From positions 744,001 through 808,000 of the forward strand of contig JADEYG010000012.1 of NCBI GenBank assembly GCA_016906335.1: 64,000 nt of DNA, given 5' to 3'. Made by a program: the position numbers and the translations under genes. The notes under the pieces were generated by a model. The model had not been told where the DNA came from, searched no databases, and was given only the letters and a program-made list of their open reading frames with translations. Positions within the stretch are counted from its first letter, which is position 1; the number at the start of each line of letters is the position of its first letter. Shown one piece after another: positions 13,576 through 25,204 of the stretch. This stretch comes from Novakomyces olei. Taxonomy: Eukaryota.

Positions 13576-15481
13576 TATCTTTGCTTTTGTTTTTGTTTTT
13601 AGATGGGACAGGTTTGTCAGGCTTTTGTTCCCGTGAAATGGATTATATATTGCCTTTAACTTTGGGAGCAGCTCTACCGGCCATATTACTGTGATGCACA
13701 AAGGATGACGCCATGAGCAAGTCCTACCAAAAATTTATATGACAGCTAATAAATGCCGCTTATTTGACTAAAGGACTGCGTAGATAAAGAGAGTTTAGAT
13801 GCACCAATGTTGGCCAGTTTTCTGACGTTGTAATTTTACAGGCATTGACTAAAGTATATATACGTTGTAATAATATTGCCATTCGTGCTTGTGAACAGAA
13901 ATAGTGAGAAACATCTTGGCCGCCACTCAGAATAATATATACGATAGAGATTTCTGTCAAAATAACACAGAGATTTATTTTATTTAAGGGTCATGAATTC
14001 CTCTCTGAAGAAAAAATATTTACCGCTCGTCGCTGACACAAATAGAATTTCAATAATTAGATCGAAGGAACGATTTCAACTGCGCTTTGACGGGTTTTAT
14101 TTATAATTTATTATGCAGTGCTACAAAGCACAGATAAGACACTATAACCGCGCGAAAAGTAAGTTCTTTTCGCTTGTAATCAAAATAAAAAAAAAATTAG
14201 CGATAACATTCAAATCTACAAACCTTTCCACGAAAGCTCGAGGGCTATCATGTGGAGAAGGCGTCAGTGACAGCAATGTGTGCTTCGTAATTCAGCAATC
14301 TTCTGAAGTAAATTAAACAGCATCGCTTTATACAATTTATTTTGCTGCGTGTACCGAGTCTTTAGATGCCATTCGTATAATAAATAGATTACTCGTTGCT
14401 GATATGCTTATCCCTAAACCAAGCTACTAAACCACGTTGCAACCTTTCTGTCAACCTTTTATGGCCTTTCATAGAATTCAAGCAATGTTCCGGGCTAGGA
14501 ATGCCAAGCCAAGGCTTGAAGCTTTACACCTGTATTATATATGTATATGAGTATATGACTTGTATCGTCAGTAGCAGTCGCAAATATGGTGTAATAATGG
14601 TAGAGCGCATGTTTCACTTTTACAAGGCAGAATTAGAGCACGTGATGCCTGTTACTTGGCCAAATATTAACTCACGCGTACGTTCAGGGCCAATCTAGTT
14701 AACCGACGGGTAAATTCGATAAGCGCTGTCTCCTCGCCTGTTAGACGCACATGTTTAAAATACATGGATATACTGTAATCGCTATAGCCCCGTTCGGAAA
14801 TTATTACATGGTGATAACTCTCACTGCTCGTCTTGCTCTCCCCTTTAGATATTTCATACATACAACAACTCTGAGCGCGTCTTCTTTTGCCCTATTATCA
14901 TCCAGTCATTCTAACTAATATTTCCCCTGTCATTCCCATAATTTTTCCTGTCTCTGCGCAATTATCCGTTTTGAAATGTGGGGTACACCGCCACACAGGC
15001 CCCTGCTCAGGACATATGGCCGCGCTTCCAAGCCATAATAAGCAGGGAAATAGCTAGCAATAATTAAAAATACAGGCACTAACGCCAAGGAAAGACCTTG
15101 AAAATATAAATGCCTGGCGGCATCGTATAATTTCAATGAAGCCACGAGTCAGGTCCACGCTGTACTACAAAACAACGCTAATACTACAGACACTTTGCCC
15201 TGTACGCGGCTCCTTCAAAGGTCTCTTCCTGCTTTGTGCATTTTAGCGGATAACCCTTGCCTGGTTATGATTGGACTACACGTCCAGGAACGTTTCTCGA
15301 TTCGGTAAAAGAGACTACTTACACACAAGAATAAAACGCCTAATTAAACCCCAATCTGTCTAGGCAAAAGCTATCTGATTAGCAGGTTTTATGTAACCAT
15401 AAAATTATGTATATTATATAAATATATAAATATTTCAATAGATTAGCTGCACATCTTCAATTGCGCCCTGTTCCCTCAAAC

Positions 15482-16438
15482 ATGACGACCTCCAAAGACG
15501 ACCGTACCCTCCAAGTCATATGCGCTGGCCTTCCTCGGACTTCGACGACGTCGCTTAAACTTGCCTTGCAACATATTGGCTTTACGCCATGCCATCATAT
15601 GCAGAATTGTATGCTTACAGACGACGCGGTGCAGCAGGCTGATGAATGGTGCAAGATTTATCGTGGAGAGCCATTCGATATGAATATTCTGAACGGGTAC
15701 AAAGCGGTATGCGACTCACCGGGGTGTGATGCGCTAGACCAATTGCTACCTGCTTTCCCTAAAGCCAAAGTTATCTTACAGACACGCGATCCTCAGGCCT
15801 GGGCAAAATCTTGTAGAGACTCTGTCTTTACATGGATCGTTGATCCGCCTTTTGCGCCGTGCTGGTTCGGTGCTTTACCCAACATCGCGGCTCAGCGTCG
15901 GCTCGGCCGTTTGATTTCGGATATGTGGAAAACTCGGCCGGGCGATCCCAAGTGCAAGGACCTTGATCCAGAGTACATGACACGCTGGATCGAACACGTA
16001 AAGGCTGTTGTGCCTTCGGAAAATTTGCTTGTGTGGAACGTAAAGCAAGGCTATAAGCCAATTTGCGAGTTTCTTAATGTTCCACTGCCGGACGAGCCTT
16101 TTCCTAACGTCAATGACTCTGCTTACATGTCGTGCTCTCTAAGTTGCTTTGCTCTGGCCTGTCATTTTGTTACTGCTTTGCTCGGTGGTGGCATTGCACT
16201 CGTGGGGCTAGCTGCTTTCCGCTCCCTGACAGCGCGACCAGCAGCCTTGCCTTTGGCTGTGGCCGGCTCTGGTTTACTAGCAGCTTTTGCTGCTATTCAC
16301 ACCAATTCGCCTGCTTTTAGCCGGTTTATTGGCGGACGAATTGTGCCTATTGCGCTCAAGGCACCACGACGGAGATTCGTACTCTCTGGGATTGCCGTAG
16401 CGTTTGGTCTTACTTCATTGGCGTATTGGTACCGATGA
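15482..16438 (+). CDS. Sulfotransferase-like P-loop protein (Sulfotransfer_4 type) with a hydrophobic C-terminal extension; intronless
   Basis: LQVICAGLPRTSTTSLKLAL..GFTPCHHM, AKVILQTRDPQAWAKS, VPSENLLVWNVKQGYKPICEFLNVPLPDEPFPNVND. TATA-rich tract at 15409-15431. Confidence 0.85.
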   Translation: MTTSKDDRTLQVICAGLPRTSTTSLKLALQHIGFTPCHHMQNCMLTDDAVQQADEWCKIYRGEPFDMNILNGYKAVCDSPGCDALDQLLPAFPKAKVILQTRDPQAWAKSCRDSVFTWIVDPPFAPCWFGALPNIAAQRRLGRLISDMWKTRPGDPKCKDLDPEYMTRWIEHVKAVVPSENLLVWNVKQGYKPICEFLNVPLPDEPFPNVNDSAYMSCSLSCFALACHFVTALLGGGIALVGLAAFRSLTARPAALPLAVAGSGLLAAFAAIHTNSPAFSRFIGGRIVPIALKAPRRRFVLSGIAVAFGLTSLAYWYR

Positions 16439-16768
16439 ACATGTACAGTATCTAATTAGATTATACAGTTTTATTCCCTTTTACTCGTTTGTTTTTGGAA
16501 TTGTCCCATCTTTGTATAATTAGGTGCGTTGCGCCAGGACTGTAGGTGTATAGTGAACTAGTGATGGCAAAACATATTGAATTATTGAACAAATTGAATT
16601 AATACTAGTCGTACATACTGCAAATGAGCAGTTAAAGTCTCAACTCGAAACGGTCCCACGTCGAGAGGAAACTAGATATATAGAAAACAAGAACGCTTTT
16701 GGATACAAAGCCAGCAAAAAGAAAAGTCAAAATTCCGTGGTCATTCACCACTAGAGTCTGCAGTTGCA

Positions 16769-18037
16769 TTACGTAGCAAACAATTGAGCAGCGCGCACAC
16801 CAACGGCCATCATTACCGAATTAGTAATGAAATTCACAAAGTTGTTATCCACAAAGTCGGAGCCAATGAGCAATAAGGAGTCACGTTTCTTTACAGTGCT
16901 GCCGTTGTGGTGCTCCACAACGCGTCCAGAGTTGCGATCGATGGCGGTAGATTGCAACATTGCTCCGGCAATTGAATCGAGCAGGCTTCCTGTTAGCCCA
17001 AAAGCAGTGCAAAGTGCAAGGGCAATGACCCGATCGTAGGCCTGTGCCCAAGGTAAAAACTGGGCTACTATGCCTATAACAGCGCCGCCGACAGTCGCCA
17101 TCAAAAGGCCGAATGGTGTGACGGCTCCATTCGTCCCTGGAGGAGCTGGTTTCAGGGTTGTAATAAGCACCGGATTCTGTTTTGAAAGCACCCCAAGATC
17201 TGAAGAGAGTGTGTCACCGAGTGCCGTGGCATAGCAGCTATTGAAGGTAAGCATATGGTATAGAATAAGCATCAGATCAGAAACGTCCAGCAGATTGTAA
17301 AGGCGGGATACAGGGTGTACACAACAGCCGTGCAAACAGAGCGAGAAAAAATGGACATTGAGGCAGCCAAGACATGATAGGTAGGCAAACCTGAATACAG
17401 ACGAACATGAAATTAATACACTAAAGGCGGAACGGTAAACACGGTGGCTGTACGCAAAGAGGACTGCCCCTTCAATTGAATAGGCGAAACTGAATTGACT
17501 GATAAAGAATAGGACAATCACATGAAAATCAGACAGAAGAGCCTTGAGCACAGGCAGAACAATACCTGAGTATTCCAAGCACAATTGGTACAGTGCGACG
17601 GTCGCCTTCCAGCACCAGCGTCTTTGGCGCTGGTCCGCGCTGATATTCTGCCAATAGAGCCAAGAGTATCAGAGTGGTGGCACACAAACTGTTGGCCAAA
17701 ACTTGCACATAGTTTCTCCGTGGCCCAGACGTTTGCCTCTGTGAGTGCCCATCGGCCAATGTGTCTTGCAGGATAACTTTGTCCTTTTCTGTGCTTTTGT
17801 ACTGGCAATTAGTATATCGCCAAAAGATTCACAGCGTACTTTGCTAGCGGCCGTGCCCAGCGCGAAAAAGGTTAAAAGTGCCACGGTAAACGCAGTATAC
17901 TCGTGCAGAGTGTGTATAGTGCCAACGGCCCACGCTGCGATGCATCCCGAAACAGACAAACTGCCACGCCGCAGTGAGTGCACTACAATGGCAAGAAAAA
18001 GGAATTGGAAAGCCGCCAAAGACACGAGATCCCGCAT
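16769..18037 (-). CDS. TMEM19/DUF92 membrane protein; exons 18037-17840, 17801-17566, 17237-16769
   Basis: SLSVSGCIAA, RNYVQVLANS, YATALGDTLSSDLG, PPGTNGAVT, GSLLDSIAGAMLQ, DNNFVNF. Introns 17802-17839 and 17238-17565. Confidence 0.9.
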
Positions 18038-18602
18038 AGTGTGGTACTAATGGTGTAAAAGATGTAATAAAACGAGACCACATTATACAGTGATTTTATG
18101 TACACGCAGGCGGATATTATTGTTTTATCATTTATTCCTGTCTCTTGGAATAATGGCAGCAACGATACTTGCTTGACATTTGCCTCCCAAATCCAATGCC
18201 ACATTGGATTGGAGGGATAATTCAAATATAGCAGAGCAACCACGATTTGTCTTGAGCAAAACGCAATACATTGTCTTGCGTGCCGTTTACGCCGACGCGT
18301 AGATGAATTGAAGATTGTAAAGCAGGACTTTGACTATAACATTGTCCGTCTTGAACTCTACAATTATGCTCTCATATATATATAATTATTTCTCTAAAAT
18401 TATCTATTATCTAAATTATTATGATTATAAAATTATAAAATTATTTCTCTCACTACTGATCGCGATTCTGATCGCTGCATGGCAGTCAAGTAATATTCTC
18501 CGACGATGACGTTGTGCCAACACATGACGACTATATAAATGAAGTTTTCGCCGCAAAGTTTTACAATCATTACAATCAACAGGTCACAACAACACTGAAA
18601 AG

Positions 18603-19018
18603 ATGTCTACAAAAGTAAGCTTTTCTCGCCTCAATGGCTCTCCGTAATGCTTTTTCTTTCTTACTAACTTGTACAGTCAAAGTACTTGGAGCATTCCGAC
18701 AACGACTTTCAAAAAGCCAAAATTCCAGACCATACGGCCGACCATAAGGGAGAACGATATGACGAAGGATTGAAACATTCGCATAACCCCAATGACTCTA
18801 ATGACCAACGGTCAATTGCGAACCGTTTGGCGGCAGAGGAGAAAGCTGCCAAGGAGTCACGTCAAGAAGAGCGCCACCACGAGTCTGCGCAAGCTCACGC
18901 TGACCCAACCAAGCCCGCTCGCGAACATGGCAATGAGCCCTCAAAGGGCGCAAAGATCGATGCCTCTATCAAACAAGACGAGGAGGAGATGTTGCGCAAA
19001 AAGAATATCAAGCCATAA
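18603..19018 (+). CDS. Small hydrophilic conserved fungal protein (possibly stress-related); exons 18603-18614, 18677-19018
   Basis: DQRSIANRLAAEEK and DPTKPAREHGNEPSKGAKIDASI match a conserved fungal hypothetical family as I recall it. Intron GTAAGC..TACTAAC..CAG; TATATAAA at 18532. Confidence 0.85.
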
Positions 19019-19243
19019 TTATGTACATTAATGACATTAAAATTTTATGCCGTAAACGCGTTCTATTATTTGGTCGTAAATTTAATTGGATGAAATTATC
19101 TCTTTGCTATGCGTAGACAAGCAAATTGATTTAAATGACCACATTACCACATCGAAGTACCAGTATCCATGATTATATCCAGGGCTTTTGTGTACTATAC
19201 AATTAGCCAAAAGGCTTTTGTGTACTATACAATTAGCCAAAAG

Positions 19244-20115
19244 CTAGTGAAACCCGCCGGCAGGATCGCGCCTTGTGTTGGGAACAACATCACCCGCCTG
19301 GCTCCCATTGAACCAGCCATACTGATAGGGATTGATAGCATTGACTGCATCGCGTTTTTGCTGCTCTGTAAAATGCCGCGGTTGAGCCTGCGCTAATCGC
19401 GGGCCAATCCCCGGTACGCTGGGGTTCCGTCGATTTGCGTAGCGCGAAAACGAATGCAGCGCTTGAATAACTTGAGGAACGTTTTTGCGCTCAAACAAGT
19501 CCACAGTTTGAAATAGATCGTGAGACGGTGTTCCGATATCCGCTGCGTATCGTAAAAAACTCGCAATATTTTCCATCTTTATACCGTTAGATTATGTACT
19601 GAATAGATAGATAGATTGATTTCATTTGCTTTTAATTCATATTGTTAAAGGTATGCGCTCCATTTCCGTGTAACCTGCTTCACCAATTTAAATTGCCTTT
19701 TTCCTTTTCTTTTTTCATTGTATCTCTGCACCCAAATTATTTTCTTTTAAACTATTTGCTTTGCTGCGCATTGATTTCGTTGCAAACACAGCAATCACAT
19801 TACCTGAACAAACGGCATTCTTGACGCCTTCCAATGAATTCTGTTTGGCTCCGTCGCATTCACCAGTCTAAAAATTAGCCACAAATTAAAGAGCATCAAA
19901 CTCACCTGCATAGTATACTTCCGTCCTTTAACGCGTCGCACAAATCGCCATGCTCGGGTAACGTTTCACCCAGCACCTTTTCAATCCATTCTTTTGCCTT
20001 GCAGACTTTATAAGCATAGACCAAAATACTGAAGCTTTGCTAAAAGTACCTCTGCCTCCATTTCAGGATCAATTTTGGCCGCCATTCGCGCCTTCAAGTC
20101 GCGGTCAAACGACAT
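19244..20115 (-). CDS. stg1/SCP1: Transgelin/calponin-like actin-binding protein; exons 20115-20050, 19997-19906, 19867-19804, 19576-19244
   Basis: CH domain: AKEWIEKVLGE, DALKDGSILCRL, PFVQMENIASFL, DLFQTVDLFERKN; calponin-like repeat QYGWFNGSQAG. Confidence 0.92.
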
Positions 20116-20720
20116 GTTTTTGTGTTAATACAACACGAGCACGAGCCGACACCAATATATTAATTATGAAGGTTTATGATTGGCCATACACGACTAACCC
20201 TAAATCCGAATAATTAGAATGAATAAACCCTATCACTTTAGCGAACGGACGATAATGAATATTTATTATTGGATAATATTACTATAAATTATGGTCAACA
20301 GTGCTAAAATGCGCCAGACTGCCTCTTCATACAAGGCAAAGGTCTCTACATGCCTACTTGCACAGGCAACTCCATCCAAAATAAAAAACATAATTTTAAC
20401 TGTATGGTATACAAGACTTCCCCCGCGCTGAATCAGGACAAATATCAAACATACCTGGCTGTCTAACTTTCCGTGCACCAAGCTGGGGCCATAGCTCTAT
20501 TCAAATCGAAAAACATTTTTTAACTTTTTCTTCTTTTTTCACACAGTGCAGTTCGCTTCCCTTCTTGACCTCTGTAAATCTAGTCACGCCCCTGCCAGTT
20601 TCCTTCCCTAACCACCTTTCCGTGCCCGTTACGAGTATATTTTTTCCATTGCTGTGTTTTATAAACAAGTACTCCCAAAGACCAACTGTTTTCTCCACGG
20701 TCCACGGTAGCACACCTCGT

Positions 20721-22546
20721 TCATTGCTCTTCCTCCATATAAAACTGGGTCTCCTCCTCGTCTTCGAGTGCCACCGTGTCCGTCTTTGCCTCGGAAACAA
20801 AACTCTGTGCCGGCACAATAGAGGGCCTTAACCCTCCCACGTTCTTGCTGAAACTGACGTTTCGTTTAGGGACAAACCGGGCTGCTCTTGCCTGCAGTTC
20901 TGTCTCCGAGTACCCAGAACTGCCGCCCGTCATTGACAAGTTTGGCCGTGGTGAAGGCCGTGCAATTGGTCCAGCAGCAGGAGCAGGAGCAGGAGCAGCA
21001 GTAGCAGTAGGAGCTCCTGCACTTGCACCACCTGCTGGAGAATTTGAAAAATTCGACCATGGCCCACTGTTGGCACCGCTAAAGCTACCCACTGGCGCAG
21101 GTATATCTGGCCGCTTTCTAAAACTGCTACTGCCAAACGGTGGTGGTGCAGCAGATGTGGCCAATGTCGCTTCAGAAGGAGTCGAGTTGTAAGAAGATTG
21201 AGCAGTTGACCGAGACTGTTGAACAGACAAAGAGCCATTGCCGGCCAAAAGTGAGGGCGATCCAGAGTACTTGTCGGCATATGTAAACCCAAGGCGTGAA
21301 GTAAAAGACGAAACAACCGACTCGGACTCCTCATTACGGCTCATTCGACGAGACCTCTCCTGCGGTGTCAGCAGTTCCTGTAAGCTTCCCGGAACAAACT
21401 CCTCTCCATCAAAGTCAGAGTCACCACTATCTGGCTCCAGCGCCAAGGACGAGGCAGTCTCGTGGATCCGGGAGGGCACACTCGCACTGATCGGCTGCCG
21501 CCGATGGTCAATGGCGCCAGTGCCCATACTCTGTCCTGTCGGGGGTGTAAATGCTCCATTGCCCACGCTTTGACCATTGCTGCGATTGCTGCTAAAAGCA
21601 AACTGCTGCTGTAAGCTCTGAGCCGGCTGCTGCCTGAGGGAGAGCGAGCCCAAGTGCCGGTCCAGGCTGGCGGGGACGCTGGCGGTAGGGAGTCCAACGG
21701 CCCCGTCCATATCGAACCTGTCCGCCTTGTACTCCAGCAGACTGGACTCAAAGTCGGCAGAGACGGAGCCGTTATTATTATTATTATTATTAAGGGAGCC
21801 GACTGTGGCCGGTGCGCGTCCCCACTCAGAGGGCGACACGAGCCCTGAGCTGCCTGATCCGGCCTCGTCCTTGCCTATAGGGCTCTTTAGCTGAGCAAGG
21901 CCACGCTGCAGCTCGCCGCCAATGCCGCCGGCAAAGGCGGCGGCGGCGGCTGAGCCTTGAGCCGTAGCAAAAGTCGGCCCGTTTCCATTGCCACTGCCAC
22001 TGCCATTACTATTACTATTACTATTGCCATTGCCAAAGCCGGCAGCGGGAATAAAAGGCGCTGCTGAAGCCTGAAAGGCAGGGTACACTGGAGTTGCGGG
22101 GTAATTTACGCGCCGGCCGTTTGCGAGAACGTGTGCGAGCGCACACCGAGCTCCGAATTTGCAGTTCCCCTTTGCAAAGTATTTGCACACGGCGCGGTCA
22201 GAGAGGGCGTCCAGGTTGTGAGAGAAGAGGCAGTTTCTTCCGGCGGAGCACATGCCTTGGCGGAAGAACTTGCAGGGCACATGTTGCAGACCTGTCGCGT
22301 TAGAATTAGGATTGGTGACGTCGAGGCGGTTAGCGCTTCACTCTAAATTACGAGCATACTTTTCGCGTTCGGAGGCGATCGCGGCTCTATCTCGGGCCGA
22401 TCGCTGACAGCTCCGGTCTTTGTCTGCTGCGGCTGCGGAGGCGGCTGATGGTGCTGAGAGCGTAAATGCGGTCTGTAACTGTTACTGCTGCCGTCTCCAC
22501 CGGGCCCGCTGCTCCGAGAGTCAAGGACGGCAGTCTGCATTCTCAT
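20721..22546 (-). CDS. Tandem CCCH zinc-finger protein (Cps3/Lee1-like); exons 22546-22360, 22291-20721
   Basis: HVPCKFFRQGMCSAGRNCLFSH and CKYFAKGNCKFGARCALAH; EEFVPGSLQELLTPQE motif; acidic end EETQFYMEE. Start could be 22546 or 22540. Confidence 0.88.
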
Positions 22547-22709
22547 TTGCGGACAGGCTGCTTTCTACAGTCGCCCTTGAGCCATACAGCGCTGGCGCAC
22601 TATAGGCGTAGTATACGTGCTACGCTCCTATTACTACTACAACGCCCCGCAACATTTAGAGATAAGATAACCGGGCTGTAAGATTGCTGGCGATAGCTAA
22701 GCAGTACTG

Positions 22710-22992
22710 CTGCAGAAATACTCTGCAGAAATACTCTGCAGAAATACTCTGCAGAAATGTAATTGCTGAGAAATATAATTGCTGAGAAATATAATTGCTT
22801 GGGTGTGCGTGTGCGACCGATCGCTATCGCATTCCTCCTGCATAAGGCAAAACGCGTTCTGATCTACGGCGATAGTGTAGAGCGTTTACATAGTAAAAGT
22901 AGTAACGTAGATTGAAACATAGATTGTAACGAGATTGTAACGAGATTGTAACGAGATTGTAACATAGTAATTGTAACATAGTGATTGTAACA
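22710..22992. repeat. Cluster of short tandem arrays upstream of the CCCH gene: (CTGCAGAAATACT)~4, (AATTGCTGAGAAATAT)~2.5, (AGATTGTAACG)~4
   Basis: Directly visible at 22710-22799 and 22921-22992. Confidence 0.9.
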
Positions 22993-23625
22993 TTCAACAC
23001 TAAAACTTTGTATACAGGAGCAGCGGATTCCGTAACGTCACGCAGTCTCAATGACGAGCAGACTCGTTTCTACAGTCGAGTTTAAGTGTTTCTGTTGTTG
23101 CATAGCACGGGTACGCGTTTTGCTCTATTGCTCATTATGGGATTATGTGCTTATTGCTGTATGATTTGTCATAGGGAACGCGGTACCCGTTCCGTGCGAT
23201 TCGTGTCCAGAATCGTCGGTTCGCGGGACTTTTGTGGATTGTATACTTATTGTGCGTGAATAACACAATTCACACGGTCACTGTCGGTGTACATATTGTA
23301 TCGCGTTCATATTATCGCGTTCATATTTTACGTACATATTTTACGTACATTTGTATGGTGCTATTATAAGTCGCTATTATTAGCGTAGAAACGTACGGAC
23401 CATATTAAAATATCGACAGCGCATCTTGCAACCCCTTCTTGCCCTGCTATTGGCTAAAACGCGAAACGAGACGGACTACACTTTGAAAGCAGAGTAAAAC
23501 GTCAACCACGGGCACTGGCAGTGTAAACAATATGCATTCCTGCACTCTGCTAAATCCTCAACCTATACACGTTCAGTACTCACCCTTCCATTTACAAGTA
23601 GTGTAAAACGACACTTTTCAGGCGA

Positions 23626-24797
23626 CTAGTGAAGCATGCCTTCAGGTGCTCGCCATTCAAGCTGTGACTGTATGTACGGCTGTGCCAGTTCAGGGGACGG
23701 CGGAGCATCAGTAATTTTAGAGACAAGGTACGCCATTGAAGCGGAGGATATGCCGTACAGCATGACCCCGACAAAAGGCTGCCGTATGAGAAGGTACCAC
23801 GCTAGCCCAAAGCCTGGACAAAGTTAGCGAGACTCGTAAACCCACAACAACAAATTGTGTATTAATATTAAAACATTACTGGCCATACCAAACAGGACGC
23901 CCTCGCGTTCACGGTACCACTTTTGCCGTTGGCGCTTGTTGAAGGGGATTCGAGTAAAGTACGGAGCCAGTAGAGCACGTGTAAGACTACGCGTACCGAA
24001 AAACAGCTGGAAAAAGATCGTGCTCCACGTATGTGGCACAATCATCGCGACAGCGGCAAGAACCAGTGTAGTACGAGTGCCAATGGCTCGGTAGAGCGAG
24101 TAAAACGTAAACACCGGCACTACAACCCTTCCCAAATGAAACGGAGCCGATCCAGCGAGCAGAAATGCTGCCAAAAGTAAGACTTTGCGTAAATACCGCT
24201 GCAGTAGATTCATTGTGGCACGGTTTGGGTACCGAGCGCGGTACAATTGCAGTGTCTCCGCGTACGGCGGTCTCAGCGCCGGGTTTTTGTCGTCTGCGTG
24301 CTTTTGGACATAAGTTTTGTCCACAAAGTCAAGACTTGACATGAACCTGTAGCGCATCAGTCAGATATGGGGCCATTTTAGTAAATCTTTTTTCAAAAGT
24401 GGCGGCCGAACGGCGATTGAAACGTTTTGATCCATTCTTACAATTCATCCATCGGTTTTGGATCCCGTAATGTATTTATCTGCATCAGCAAAAACGGCGC
24501 TGCCACGACCCATTGCTCCACAAAATGGATGCTGCGCACCATGATGTCATCCCATGACACGCGCTCGAAATTAACGAAAAAAGAACACGAAAAAAGGACA
24601 AATTTGCCCAGATAAATTGGGATCTGTCCCACCATATAAATGGCGATTCCGAGCAGCAGAGCGCCAAGCGCTTGCTGGAACTGGGAAAAAGTGAACAATT
24701 CCGGATTCTGAAGTGCCCTCCACGTGCCTACGACACATAGCCGGAATCCGCGGACTAACGCTAACGGGTCTAAGGGGCCACGAGGGCTGCTTGACAT
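23626..24797 (-). CDS. UsgS-like multi-pass membrane protein; exons 24797-24442, 24346-23889, 23813-23626
   Basis: ALVRGFRLCVVGTWRALQNPELF, DELFMSSLDFVDKTYVQKH, LLAPYFTR, WYREREGVLFGFG, AYLVSKITDAPP. Two GT-AG introns. Confidence 0.8.
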
Positions 24798-24850
24798 GAT
24801 TTTTGTGGATTAGAATGGCATTCTCCAAGCAAAGGTTTGTCGTGTACACC

Positions 24851-24928
24851 GAATTTTACGAATTTACGAATTTACGAATTTACGAATTTACGAATTTACG
24901 AATTTACGAATTTACGAATTTACGAATT
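24851..24928. repeat. (GAATTTAC)~9 tandem array just upstream of the UsgS-like gene
   Basis: Directly visible. Confidence 0.95.
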
Positions 24929-25204
24929 CTTGTATTATACGCACTACACTACATACAAGATTATAATCTTAGGGTTAAAATACGATAATGCTTAATGCCA
25001 AAGCAGGATATCGTCCTCTAGAAACCAAGCAAAAGCGTCCACATGCAGTAGATTGCAGGAGACTGATCGAGACTGTAGTTGAGAATCGCGGCATTGTCGT
25101 GAAAAGCGTCTCGGAAACTCGGCTTGGGCAAGCACAATGGCTGTTGGAGACGTCATTCTGCATTGCGAGCCTAAAAAACAAGGCTGGTTTGCACAATAAC
25201 GTGC

